Positions 15,330-28,330 of a stretch of 64,000 nucleotides of DNA are shown piece after piece. Source of the stretch: the human T2T-CHM13v2.0 reference genome, Homo sapiens; the NCBI RefSeq assembly GCF_009914755.1, contig NC_060927.1. One strand, written 5' to 3'. The position numbers were made by a program, and so were the translations under genes. The notes under the pieces are model-generated. The model had not been told where the DNA came from. It worked only from the letters and a program-made list of their open reading frames with translations, and made no database searches. Numbering within the stretch: the stretch's first letter is position 1; each line of letters opens with the position of its first letter.

Positions 15330-15690
15330 TTATGGTAATTAAGAGGAAGTCTTAGGAACTAGACAGACCTACATTTGAATTTCAGCTCTGCCACTTCTCT
15401 GGGTGAATTTTGATTACGGCAATAACCGCTAGCATTTATTAATTACAATATTCTAGCCCCTGTGCCTTGAAGTGAATATGTGATATCTCCTATTTTATTG
15501 GTGAGGAAACTGAGGCACAGAAAAAGTCACTTGCTTACAGTTAAATAGCTATTAAGTGACTGTGGAATTAGAACCCAGGTACTTTGGCTCCAGAGATTCC
15601 TCTATTAACCACCACAAAACACTTGAGACTCAGTTTCCCCAGTTGTTAAATGGGTAGGGTTAAAATGGCTAACAGAATTTTTATGAGGAT
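15330..15690. mobile_element. MIR (+) apparently interrupted by a MIR (-, ~15425-15615)
   Basis: TTTGAATTTCAGCTCTGCCACTT (+), then GAGGAAACTGAGGCACAGA...AGAACCCAGG (-), then CTCAGTTTCCCCAG...AAATGGG (+). Confidence 0.65.
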
Positions 15691-15984
15691 AGCAGTTAAA
15701 AGAAATCAGGCAATGTATACATATAATTAAATCCAGTTATTCTTTAAAACTCTTTATCATGAAATAATTATGGACTCACAAGAAATTGAAAAAAATAGTA
15801 CAGTGAAAAACTGAAGACACTTTACCCAGCTTCTGCTAATCTAACATTTTTTTGACCCAGTTAAATTTCAGATTATTCTTTTTCCTTTGAAGTCCAATTT
15901 TTCATTTCAACCTCTAGACCACATTATTTCCTACCTACCTAGAAAAAAAGGGTGAAGAATTTTTATCTTTTACTTGGTTGCTTA

Positions 15985-16148
15985 TTTTTATTATTTTTTA
16001 AGAGACAGGGTCTTGCTCTGTTATCCAGGCAAGAGTGCAGTGGTGTGATCATACCTTACTGTAACCTTGAACTCCTAAGCTCAAGTGATCCTGTTGCCTC
16101 AGCCTTCTGAGTAGCTAGGACTATAGGTGCAAGCCACTGTGTCTGGCC
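15985..16148 (-). mobile_element. Free right Alu monomer (FRAM/AluJ right arm)
   Basis: GAGACAGGGTCTTGCTCTG...GCTCAAGTGATCC...AGCCACTGTGTCTGGCC; single arm only. Confidence 0.9.
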
Positions 16149-16439
16149 TTACTTTTTAATTTTTAAAGAAGAACCAAATGAAGGATATAAAAAGGACAAG
16201 AACTTGTCCACAGAAATGTATAAAGACACAATCATTGGGCAGAAGAAAGAGATCACTCAGCGAGGCATGAGGCAGTCTATTAATAAGAATCTACTGAACC
16301 CCAATTCTTTGCCTAGAACGAGGATAAAGGCATCAGATGACGTTTTATCTTTGTTTTAGATTCAAGGGGGAAATGAAGCAAATGTATAGGTGAAGGAGTT
16401 GAAGGCCTCTCGTAATGACAGGTTAAAAAATAATCTAAA

Positions 16440-16566
16440 CTAGGAGTAGTGGTGCGTGCGTATATTCCCAGCTACTTGGGAGGCTAAGGCAGGAGAATCG
16501 CTTGTGCCCAGGAGTTTGAGTCCAGCCTGGGCAAAAGTGAGACCCTGTCTCTAAAAAGACAAAAAC
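16440..16566 (+). mobile_element. FLAM Alu monomer
   Basis: GGTGCGTGCGTATATTCCCAGCTACTTGGGAGG...CCCAGGAGTTTGAGTCCAGCCTGGGC...A-tail. Confidence 0.88.
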
Positions 16567-17499
16567 AGTAGTCCAAAGGAATGGGAGGTTCAAACCAAGT
16601 CCAAAGGTATAAGGTATCAAAAGACAGGTCAGCCATGAATGAACAAGCTCCATGATGAATAGGCTAGGGAATTTGGAGCCTCATTTCAGTCTTGGAATAT
16701 TTTCAGTGTCCATAATCCTGGGACAGGGGCATGTTTTGAAAGGTAAAGCTATTCTGGTGTGGAGATGGGCCCTGGAAGTATGAACAGTGTAACTCAATAA
16801 GGTTGTCAATAATCAATACACTTTTATGGTAATGAAGAATGCATTAACACAAATGAAATAAATCTGCAAGCGTGTAGTGACTGTCTACTTAGAACTTTGT
16901 AGGAAGTATCATGAGAGACAAGTTGGGAAAAAAGATGTGATTCTCCAAACCAGTTAGTGAAAACTAAAAATTTGAGATTACAAGAGCAATTACACACAGA
17001 ATTGTGGTAGGAAACTAGCATCCAGAAAAACAACACAATTAGCATTACAGGTGGCTTCAGTCCTCCTAGGCATGGCTACTTTTGCTCATAAATTGTATTT
17101 CCAATATATTTAAAGTGTTCTCCTAAGCTTCCACTGCTCTTTTTATTATAAAAGATCCTGTTTGTGAGTTATTCTTCCGCCTGGCATCCATTTTACCTGG
17201 GCAAGGAGGCTGTGTGGTCCAGTCTAGTCTGACACATTGAGTCTGTTTCTACCTGGAGCTCTTTGCAGAGCAAGTGTGATGTGGATTGGCTGGGGCGGGG
17301 GGCGGGGGGAGGTGGGGGGGTGGGATTGCTCTTCAGCTTCCTCTCTACCCTCCTCTTCTGACCTTTTCACTGAATGACAGCTGTGCATGTGCAGAGGCTA
17401 GGGGCAAGGGTGAGAGCTCTCTGTAAGTTCTCACCCACCTCCAAGGTAAGGGTCCCTTCCAGTCTCAGGGCTTTGGGCTGCTTGTGATTTCTCCCCACC

Positions 17500-17900
17500 C
17501 CCAGTATAACATCTGGCATAACTACAGTACAATTTCAAAACTAAGAAAGTGGCATTTGTCCAATCTACAGAATGTATTAATCTTTTCCCAGTTTTTACAT
17601 GGACTACTTTGTGGGAGTGCATGTGTGTGTAGTTGTATTCAATTTTATCAAATGTATAGATTCACATCACCCACATCACCACCATCACAATCAAGGTACA
17701 GCACTTTTCCCTCACCATGTGAGAATGGCCTTCAGCTACTCTTCGGTTGTTGGAGCCCAGTCTCCATCCCTAATCCCAGGCTATCTCAAATCACTTCTCC
17801 ATCTTTGTAATTTTGTCATTTTGTGAATGTTATATAAATAGATCTGTACAAGAAGTAACCTTTTGAATCTGGCTTTTTTTTTTTTTCACTCAGCATAATA
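17500..17900 (-). mobile_element. L1MC/L1MD-type 3' fragment
   Basis: ATAACTACAGTACAATTTCAAAAC...TTTTGTGAATGTTATATAAAT...TTTTTCACTCAGCATAAT. Confidence 0.75.
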
Positions 17901-17956
17901 GCAAATGTTTTTTGAGCTCTTCTCTATGCCAGATGTCATGTCCAACTGTGAGTATG

Positions 17957-18175
17957 GCATGTTCTCACTTATAAGTGGGAGCTAAACAGTGGGTGCACAT
18001 GGTCATACACAGTGGAAAAACAGACAATGGAGACTCCAAAAGGTAGAAGGGTGGGAGGGGGATGAGGGTTGAAAAATTACCTATTGGTTACAATATTGAT
18101 GCAGTATATGCATGTAAGAAACCTGTACTTGTGCACCCTAAGTATATAAAAAGAAAAAGCTTTAACAATAAAAGA
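17957..18175 (+). mobile_element. Short L1 3' end (L1PB/L1MA-like)
   Basis: CATGTTCTCACTTATAAGTGGGAGCTAAAC...GAAAAATTACCTATTGGTTACAAT; degenerate TSD AACTGTGAGTAT/AACTCTGGGTAT. Confidence 0.85.
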
Positions 18176-19019
18176 AACTCTGGGTATAAAAGTGTCAAAT
18201 TCTGCATTTTCGCTCCAGCTAGTCAACTTGCTAGGTTGGTCTGCTTCGTTATTGAGGGGGAAAATGTCCCCAAATTAAGTCAACAGACCATTTTTCTGGT
18301 GTCAGACTTTGCCTCTTTTTCATATTGACTTAAGTTTCCCAGTGCACTTTCTTCCTCAAGCCAAATGTTTTCAGCATCGTAATTAAGAAGTATATGAAGA
18401 GGCTGTGAGAGTATTTTAATGGAAACAGCTCCACAAACACCAAATTGCCCTTTATTGCAGTGGTAGCCTGGAAATGTTAATTGAGACCTGGTGTGGGTTC
18501 ATTGCTTTTGTTTCCATCTATCTCCAAAAGCTCCACCCCCAGCTTCATGGGTGAGTTTTTGGAAAAAGGTTAACTGTTAACTCTGTGACTATCTATAGCC
18601 AGCAGATGGGTGGGGAAAAAAAAATCAAGGAATATAAGATGGTATGTTATCTGTTTGCCCATGTACTGAGAGAAAATCTCAGTCTATGAAAGTACAAGGT
18701 AGACAGTAGAAAATTTTGTTGTTTTGCAAAAAGGTTGAGATCCTGATAGACTGGTTTCTAGCCTCATAGTTGTTACTAAGAAGCTGTGTCCTAGCAGCCA
18801 GTCACTGAACTGCTTCAACCTTTTCTGTGGAAGGAAGGCTTTGGATTATTTGACCTTTAAGTTATTCTATAGATAGAAACAATACTTCTGTTTCTGTTTG
18901 GAGATCCTAGTTTATACAGTCATTTCATCTTAAGAATACCAAAACTGAGACTACTTGAAAGGCCAGTGGAACCCCTTATGGCCCCATTGCCTACTCTCTA
19001 GACTCATCTGCAGCTGTAC

Positions 19020-20540
19020 CCCCTACTCTGTCTTCCTGTGCTCCCTAGGAGGAGTGTCCCTGCTGCTGTCAAAAGCCAACCTCTTCTTCGATGCTTTAGG
19101 GTCCAGCCTTTAGCCCTTGCAAGGTCTTTGCTCCTGCAGGTCTCTTCCTCTTTGGTATCACTTCTTTTCTGTCTGCTGGCTTGTTAACCCAGATATATGA
19201 ATGAGCGCTAGGTATCTCTTATAAATAAACAGCTCTCTTCAGGTGCCAGATCCTCCTCCAGCTGATATCCTCCTCTTCTTCCCTTCACAGCAAAAAATGT
19301 GTAAGTGTTGCCCACACTTGCTGTTTCTTGTTCCTTATCTCCAAATCTCTCCACAACTTGCTCCAATTAGGTTTTTGTTTTCATCAAGCCAATAAAACTG
19401 GTCTTGTTTTTAACAACCTTCACGTGGTCAAGTTTAAGAGGTCCTTTTCTGTCTTCATTGTAGTGACTACTCATCATCTTTGACCTTCCTCCTGCCTTCA
19501 TCTCTGCAATGCCATTTTCTTTGGGTCATTCCTCCTTATTCTGTACTGGATTTCCTTCCTCGGAGTGATGAGACTCCTCTGGGTTTTGTCCTGAGCCCTT
19601 TTTACCTCTCTCTCAATACTCCGTCTAGGTTTCTTACCCAGACCCATGGCTTTAAGAACATCTGAATGCTGATGATTGACATGTGTGTGTCATTGACCCT
19701 GTCCCCTGCTCATGTATGAAGTATTCAACATGATTTCTCAACATTTTATTTTTCTCAAAATTCTCAACAATTTATTTTTCTTCCCAAACCTCCTTTTCTC
19801 TGTATGCTGACCTAGTTTCTCTAACCAGCATTCTAGGCGCTAGGCCAGAACTGAATGTTCCCTTTTCTCTCATGGGCCACACTGAATCCAAGTCCTTTGG
19901 GTTATCTCCTAAATGTATTGCAAATTTTTCCATCTAATCATCTCCACTTTCACCTCTCTAGTCAACATCATCACCATGTTTCACCTAACTATTGTCAAGC
20001 ATCTGTAACTGATCTCTGTACTTTTATTCTTGGCCATACTTCATTTTCCACAGAACAGCCAAAGGGATTTAAAAAATGAAACCCAAATCAAATCAGATTA
20101 TATCACTTTCCTGCTTAAAACTTTCCATTATCTTTTGTGTTTTGGATAATATTCAGACTTTTCACCAGGACCCAAAGCAAGCTGCGTCATCTGGCTTTCT
20201 TCTACCTTTCCAACTGTCACTCTATCACTCTCCTGGCTCACTGGGCTCAAGCCAACCTATGTCTTCCTTCTATTCCTCAAACAAGTCAAGCCCTTTTACA
20301 CCTCTTGGCCTTTGTGCTTACATCCCTTTGCCTGGCATGCCCTTTCTTATAGTCTTTGTATGGCTACCAACTTAGTCACATTTTGACCTAAACATCAGCT
20401 CCTCAGAGACCTGCCCTAATCACCTTTCCTAAAATGCCTTTCCCAATCTCCACAACTGTTCATCATGTATCCTGTATATTTCCTTCCTAGAATGTATCAC
20501 CCTCTGTAATGGTTTTGTTTTACCTGTTTATACTAGTTTA
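19020..20540 (+). mobile_element. Long L2 LINE fragment
   Basis: Pyrimidine-rich; CCAGACCCATGGCTTTAA...GCTGATGA, CCACAGAACAGCCAAAGGGA, ATCACTTTCCTGCTTAAAACTTTCCA, CTCCTCAGAGACC. Confidence 0.8.
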
Positions 20541-20899
20541 GTAGCTTTTTCTTCCTTATCTCTCTACCCTTTGTTCCAAGAACAGGAATACATTTAAAAA
20601 TAACTTCTTTTTTAATGTTATTTTTGGCATAAAAAGAAAATAATAGTAATGTTAATAGTAGCAAACATTGAAGTTGTGCTTAGCCTGGAGCAGGTGCTCT
20701 GCTTTCTAGGCTCGGCAATGGCTACTCACTTTCCAAAGGTACTACAGCCAGAAGAGGCAGGTTTGGACAAACCATGCCCCTTATTATTATCATTATTAAT
20801 GGTAATAATTATGCATTATTAGCATTAATTATTAGCAATGCAATAATAATTCACATTATTAATGCTGACCCTTTTTCATTATAGGTAGCATAGCAAAGA

Positions 20900-21120
20900 A
20901 AAGAACATAGTGTATAGTGATAAACCCCAGCTCTGCCTCTTACCTAATGTGGGAGCTTGGACATTTCTGAGCTTCAGTTTCTTAGTGATAAAAGGGGACA
21001 ATAACAACTATCACCCAAGGTCTTAGGAGGATCTAATCAGATCCATAGCTCCCTCACAGTGCTAAATGAATGAATGTATTAAGTATCCAGCACAGACTCT
21101 GGCACTCTGTAATTAGTATT
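20900..21120 (+). mobile_element. MIR SINE
   Basis: CCCCAGCTCTGCCTCTTACCTAATGTG...TCTGAGCTTCAGTTTC...AAAAGGGGACAATAA. Confidence 0.7.
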
Positions 21121-22304
21121 ATGTGTTATTATCTTTGGACTTTGGCTTTTGTCTAGGTTGAAGGCAAGGGTCATATCTTTTCTGTAAATGAGATCCACTG
21201 AAAATGCACAGTGAATCCTAGGGCTGGCTAACACCCAGGTGTACATCATTTAGCCGCTTCCTTCCTTCCCTTCCAAGACCTTTGGCCAACCTCTCTTCCA
21301 GAAACCCAGTTCTCCTGTGTGTCCCCTGCCCTGAGGTTCTAGACCCAGAGGTCTGCTCTTTCGTGCTCCCTTCCCAAGCATGACTTTTTTTGTGGCTCCT
21401 GTGGCTGGCTGTCAAACTGGGAAGCAGTCTGATAAATGAATCCTATCTAGGGGTAAAATGATGGATAATGTTTGAAAGTGCTACTACATTGGCATTTTAA
21501 CAGAGGACTTACGGAGAGGCAAGGCTTGAAACCTAAAGGTCGTCTCTCTCCTGCTGGAAATCCTAGCCCAGTGGCAGGTTGGAGGGGAGAAGCAGTAAGG
21601 AATATTTGGGGGCCAAGAAGGTTTCCTAGAGCCTGTAAATCATCCCTCCAACAGGCAGTTGCTATCTCAGCTTTTTGTATAAGACGGGCCCTGCATGCTC
21701 ACAAAGGGCACTCAGGAAGTAATTTACTGATGATTAGGATACTTCCACTGAATAATGGAAAGCATCATCCAGGTGCACATCTGTTCTTCATTTGGTCCAG
21801 GGGAGCTGAAGTCAGAGGGGTCTGCTACAATTACAGGTAAAAACCTGATGCAGCTATTTACTAGAAGCCAGCCAACCCTGAATGCTCAATTACCTAGGAC
21901 TAGATAGTGTTTCCCAGCAAGAGGAGAAGAGCAAAAAAAGTTTCTATCAACTTCTATTAGAAATTGACTAAAAAAAGAAACATGCAGGGTATATCTTAAG
22001 GTCATACCTGAACATGGATATATGTGTGTGTGTGTATAAAACTTTTATTTTTGGAATACCTTTAGATTTATAGAAAAATTGCAAAGATGCTACAGGGTTC
22101 CTGTATATCCTTCACCAAGCTTCCCTTAATGTTATACTCTAGATATTTGGAGTTGTAACTTTTTGTCTCAGGAAAATCTTTCATTTATCATCTAGTTTTT
22201 GGGAACTCACTGTGTGCCAGGCACTGTGCTAGACACTAGGGATAGAATGATGAATAAGACAGACTTTGCCCCTTGCTTCATGAGTTTCATAGTCTAGCTT
22301 AGTG

Positions 22305-22868
<564 letters not shown>

Positions 22869-24619
22869 CTCTAGTGGGGAGAAACAAATATGAAGTGGTT
22901 AGTTACAAATAATGATGTGATTTTATCACAGGAGACAGAACTATAGTCCCACACAGTTGAACAGTTCACCTAGTCTGAAGATAGACAAGGCCTGGCCGAG
23001 GAAGGGGTTCTTAAGCTGCCATCTGTAGGCTGATGAGAAGTTGTCCAAGTGGATTGGAGAAAATGTGTCCTGGGCTGGATAATTGGAACCAGGGTGAGAG
23101 AGACTTGACATTGAGATCTTGCCTCTTCAACCCCTGTAAAAATTGTGAGTTAGAAAAGATTAGTTTTTGGTCTGAACTCAGTTTAACTCGAAAATCCAAT
23201 TAACTAGCTCTTTGTATTCTCCAAATATTTCAGTTCATCCGGATTTTAAAAACCAAATGTATATTGCATTTAGAGGATGCTGTGATAAAAAAGGAGGAGC
23301 TTTGAAATTGGGGATGAGAGACCCATTCTTGTCCAGACTCTGCTCCCATTGGCACAATTAGCCTGTGGGGGCAATTCAACTTCACTGCCTCATTGTCCTT
23401 ACCTGTAAAATGAGAGGGTTGGAACTTCCAGCCATTTTCTTTTTGATTTCATGATCCAGAATTAGCTATAAATGTCATTATACTGCTGTTTACTTTTAGA
23501 AAGTACTTTTCTATTCATTTAGTTCAGTAGCTAATTCTGCACATTGCCTACTGGCTGGCAACTTTAAGAGAGATTTTCTATTCTTTTCTCTAAAATTACT
23601 GCCATAAGTTTATCCCACAAGGATATATTATTGCTCTAATGATCTGGTAATTATCAGGTAATGAAACGAGCAATGGTAAGTATATTATTAAGAGCAGTTG
23701 CTGCATGGAATATTTTTGTCATGCAATTAAAAGTGTTACTTATATTTCAGTAATGCATATGAAGTTACATGCTGAGGAGAATGGAAATAGAGAATATCCT
23801 TCCTTCTTTTGCTGAACTAAGTCTTAAAATCCGTATATTAAAAAGTTGAAAGAGTCTGATTCCATGGGCTGGAGTTTAAAGCCAAGCTTTATCTTGGAGT
23901 AGGCAATGTGCCCTGCTATCATTAATTAGAGCTCTTCCCTCCAGGAGAGTTGGGAATGTTGTCCCCAAGCTGGATTAGGCCGTCACGTTTCTAAGCTGAC
24001 CATCCTGACTTAACTGGTTCCTCTTCATGCTCTACTGGGTTCATTAGGAGAGTAATAATCCTGATGGGTAGAGAGCTCTCCACTGAGTGAGGCACAGAAA
24101 AGGCCCTCAATAAGAATAAATTACATTTTAATCAAACTATAGTCACGCTACTACTTCTGCATCTGCGGCTGATTTGTGGACATCAGAATGAGCCATATAG
24201 TGCTCAGGCATCTGCATTTTGAAGAACTTTGCATAAGTGTAGAGATTCACAAGTATTAATTTTGGCCTCTTGGATTTTAACCTTTGATTTTAGTAACCCC
24301 CATACTGGTCTTTATTTTCTTTCAATATGACATGTCTCAGAAATGTTTCACAAGACGAATGAGAAGTTACCAGGCAGTAGCTAGAAACAGTTGGATTCTT
24401 TCCAGGCTCAGTTGTCCCTTGTCTGCACTGACAATTGTGTTATGTGGTTTATTTCCTATGTATGCATGCGTAATTTTCCATTCTTGACTTTAAGCTCCTT
24501 GAGGACAGGATCCATATCTGATTCGCCTTGGTGTGATATTAGCTAGCACTTCAGGGTACTAACTTTGAGGGAGGCATTTTGCATTTCACTTGTTATTCCC
24601 CATACCTCTATAAACAGGG

Positions 24620-24800
24620 CTGCAAAACATCCTAGCAATAAATTGAGGCCTTGTCTGTGAGGTAAGAATTACTAGTCCCATTTTATAGATGAGAAAACTG
24701 AGGTGCAGAGAGATTCAATAATTACCTTAGGGACACTGAGCTAGTTAGTGCTAGAACCAGCATTCAAATCCTTTTCTCTCCAACTCAAGTCTGTGCTCCT
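24620..24800 (-). mobile_element. MIR SINE
   Basis: CCCATTTTATAGATGAGAAAACTGAGG...GCTAGTTAGTGCTAGAACCAGCATTCAAATCC. Confidence 0.85.
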
Positions 24801-25299
24801 AAATTTTGTCTTACAGTGGCATGGGCCCTCTAACTCTTGGGAACTCAATAAATAATTGTAGAAATCCAGGAATAATTCTCCATCTAGACGGCATAGCAAG
24901 CTGGTGTATTCTGGGGAAGGTGAAAATGCATCGGGGGCTAAGTGGTGTGAACTTGGAAAGTATTAATATGTAGACAGAATCTGAGAGAGAGTTTTTTTTT
25001 TTAGGTAGAATAAAGGAAATGCATCTCTAATTACCTGAGTAAACCATGGGATCTACTGTATTGCTTGTCTACCTTAGTGATGCTCAAAGCCAACCATCTC
25101 TGGTAGAAGCAATATTGTTCTTGAGCTTGTTTGCTTTCCATATTGCGTGGTTGATTATATCACTTCAGGTCTGCTATCACACTTCTTAATTGTTGTTAGC
25201 TTGTTCTGTTGAAACTGCTTCTTTGCCCAAGGTAGTCTTCATAGGTTAGGGGTTCAGTTCTAGATAGAAAAATTACTAAGAGGGGGAGTCATGGGACTA

Positions 25300-25700
25300 C
25301 ATCATTCCATTCCACTCCATGCCATTTCGTTCCATTGAAATTCTTTCCATGTTGCTCTATTCTATTTCATTCTACAGACATCTCTTGAGTACTATGTGCT
25401 GCCAAGCATGGTATTAGATACTGAAGACACAGTGAGGATCAGGTTAGGTATAGCCTCTGCCTTACCTAGGTTGGTGTCTACTGGAGAGGCAGATAAGAAA
25501 ACAGCCAGTTGCGATGCAGATAGGTAAGCCTGATGAATGGAATACTACAGGGAGGATAAGAGCTCAGAATGTCATGGGGTTGGGGCTTAACTCATGAGTC
25601 AGAGAAGGTACTTAGAGTGACTGAGATCTGAGAGGGGAAGAATCAGCCAGACAAAGGGCATTTTAGTGATCCAGTAACAGAAGCAAGTTGAAGACATACT
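25300..25700 (-). mobile_element. L2 3' fragment with (CATTC)-like tail
   Basis: CATTCCATTCC..., TTGAGTACTATGTGC...GATACTGAAGACACAGTGA, CTGAGATCTGA. Confidence 0.7.
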
Positions 25701-25894
25701 CTAACTCTCTATATTTTTCACTCTCAAAAGATTCAGCTTGCTTGCATGGAGATCTCCAGTCTGCTGAACTGGAAGCAGGTTATAATGCTAGACCTGTGTT
25801 TCTTCTTAGAAACCTGAGCAGTGTAGAATGACAGCACTTGTTAACAAGGTGAGGTGGTCTGACGCTCAGAGGGCCCAATAAGGTTCAGGATGGG

Positions 25895-26293
25895 TGCTAC
25901 GGTTTGAATAATGCTGTCCCCTCCAAAATTCATGTTGAAACTTAATCCCCAATGTAACAATCTGTAGAGGTGTGTCCTTTGGGAGGTGATTAAGTTATTA
26001 GGGCTTCACCCTCATAAATGTGACTAGCACCTTTATAACTGGGCTCAAGATCAAAGGGAACCTGTTCCTGCCCTTCCGTCTCTTCCACCATGTGAGGACA
26101 CAGAATTCATCCCTTCCTGAGCATACAGCAACAAGGCGCCATCTTGGAAACAGAGAATGGGCCCTCGCCAGGCACCAAACGTTGGCATCTGGATCTTTGA
26201 CTTCTCAGCCTCCAGAAGTGTGAGATGTAAACTTCTATTCTTTATAAATTAATGAGTCTATAGTATTTTTTATAACTGCACAAATGGACTAAG
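25895..26293 (+). mobile_element. MaLR solo LTR (MSTD/MLT1A-like)
   Basis: TGCTACGGTTTGAAT...CCCCTCCAAAATTCATGTTGAAACTTAATCCCCAATG...CAAGGCGCCATCTTGGAA...AAATGGACTAAG. Confidence 0.9.
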
Positions 26294-27224
26294 TGGGGGA
26301 AGAGGGAAGAATAGAGAATTAGAATATTTCTAGATTCATTTGTCTTTCTGAAGGAAACCCCAAACTTAATTTCTGGAAAATGCTTTTTTTTTTCTTTTTT
26401 TTCTCCTGGTCAGATTTGTTTTGCCTGAGTTAAAGAGAGGGCTTTTCACCTCCCCCATTTGACCATGTTTCTATGGATTCAGCTTGAATATGGTTGGCCT
26501 CATGTACATTTAACAACATATTCCTCATTCTCAAGGAACATTCTGTAGAGACTCGTTCAAATAGATAACCAGCTGTTTTAGATCCTAAATTCTGAGGACA
26601 CTGTTTTGCATTTTCTCTACTTTAAAATTCTTTACATTTTCTTCTTATTACATTTGTGACAATCACAGGTGCTAACATCATCAACACCTGTTCACCCCTC
26701 TTTTGATAAAGTGATGGTACTCCAAATGTGGAGCAGTCTTTGGTATTGAGCCGTATTGGAGAGGATATTGAGGTCAGGATGGCTTCTTAAGGGCCTCAAA
26801 CCAACTTGTGATCATGAAGATTGTGAAATTGGGATATAAGAGGGTTTACATGTTTTAATTTTGTATAGGAAATGTCACAGTAATTGCTATAAAAATAACT
26901 AGGAAGATTTTCTCTCAAATGATGTATGTAAATGTATATTCTCCTTGACTTCACTGCTATTTTCTTGTCACTTAAACAATAAAATTATTTCTAGTTTTTG
27001 TATCTCAAAATATCTGAACTCTGTTTAAAATATCAGTGAATTTTTAATCAAAGTTTTAAAGCTTATTTGACTAAGAAAGCTGACATCATTTCTACCACTG
27101 CCACTGAATACTATATGTAATATTGTCATCTTAATCATCTGTACATATCTATTATAATCTTTTTTACTTCTGATATTCTAAAACACCGCTTTAAGATGAA
27201 TCAGTGTAAAATTATTAAGGCTTT

Positions 27225-28330
27225 GTGTAGTAAAGAATTTGCCTTGCTCAAAAAGAGCTCTGGACTTTGTCCTCAGCTTCTCGAAGGCAACCTATGTCAT
27301 ATCTGATAGGAGTGTCTTTGTTTTGGACAATGGCTGGACACACCAGAAAGATTAACCATGTGATCTAGGGTAGGGGTTTAGGGCCACACTATCAACCTGG
27401 AAAGTGATATCAGCCATGTGGGCCATCAGTCAATCAAGCCTATGTAAGGGAAGCCTTTTATGGGTTGAATCATGCGCCCCCCAAAAGATATGTTGAAGTC
27501 TTAAACTCCAGTATCATGGAATGTGACCTTTGGAAATAGGGTCATTGTGGATGTAATTCATTAAGATGAAGCCATCCACCATCCAATATGACTGGTGTCC
27601 TTATGAAAAGAGGAGAGAGACACGTGGAAGGAGAATGTCATGTGGTGATGGAGGCAGAGATGGGAATGGATGTAGCTGCGATGAGGAATGCAGACAAACA
27701 CCAGAAACTAGAAGAGGCAAAGAGGGATTGTCCCTACAGGTTTCAGAGGGAGTGAGGCCCTGCTGACACGTTGATTTCAGTTGTCCATCCTCTAGAGCAG
27801 TGGGACAAAAACATTGAGTTGTTTTAAGCCACCCAATTTATGGTATTTTTTTTTATGGCAGCCTTAGGAAATGAATACAAGCCCCAATAAAAACTTTGAA
27901 CATAGAAACTCAGATGAGCATCCCTGGCTGACAATTTCATGCGTATTGTCACACATTGATGCCGAGAGGGTAATGTCCTGAGCACAGTGGAAGCTTCATG
28001 TTTGGTGCCCTCTCAGATTCTGCCCTCTTCCTTTGGCTGATTTTAATTTGTATCCTTTCCCTATAATAAACCATAACCATGTATATAATTGTTTTCAGGG
28101 AGTTTTGTGAGTCCTGGAGAATTATTGAACCAGAGGGTGGTTTTCGAGAAACCCCTGAACTTGCGGTTGGTGTCAGAAGTGAGAGTAGTCTTAGGAGTCT
28201 TTTGTGGACTCTCCCCTCTACCTTCCTAGCTGGGCTCTAACCCCTTGCTGTAGGTATCAGGAGTCTAGGGCTGGCCTGGCAGTCTAGAGGACTGTGTCCT
28301 CAAATCACAACTTTAGACCAACTCCACAAA
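27225..28330 (+). mobile_element. ERV LTR (MER21C/MER77-like), interrupted by MLT1C
   Basis: TGTAGTAAAGAATTTGCCTTG...AGCCCCAATAAAAACT...CCCCTGAACTTGCGGTTGGTGTCAGAAGTGAG; continuous across the insertion. Confidence 0.75.
27456..27879 (+). mobile_element. MLT1C-like MaLR solo LTR
   Basis: TATGGGTTGAATCATGCGCCCCCCAAAAGATATGTTGAAG...GCAGCCTTAGGAAATGAATACA; 5-bp TSD ~AAGCC. Confidence 0.92.

Noticed and set aside
20780-20865. AT-rich quasi-palindromic TAAT/ATTA stretch
   Set aside because: Degenerate (ATT)n low complexity; the symmetry follows from composition
25300-25375. (CATTC)n resembling satellite II/III
   Set aside because: Only a few degenerate units, at the position of an L2 3' tail
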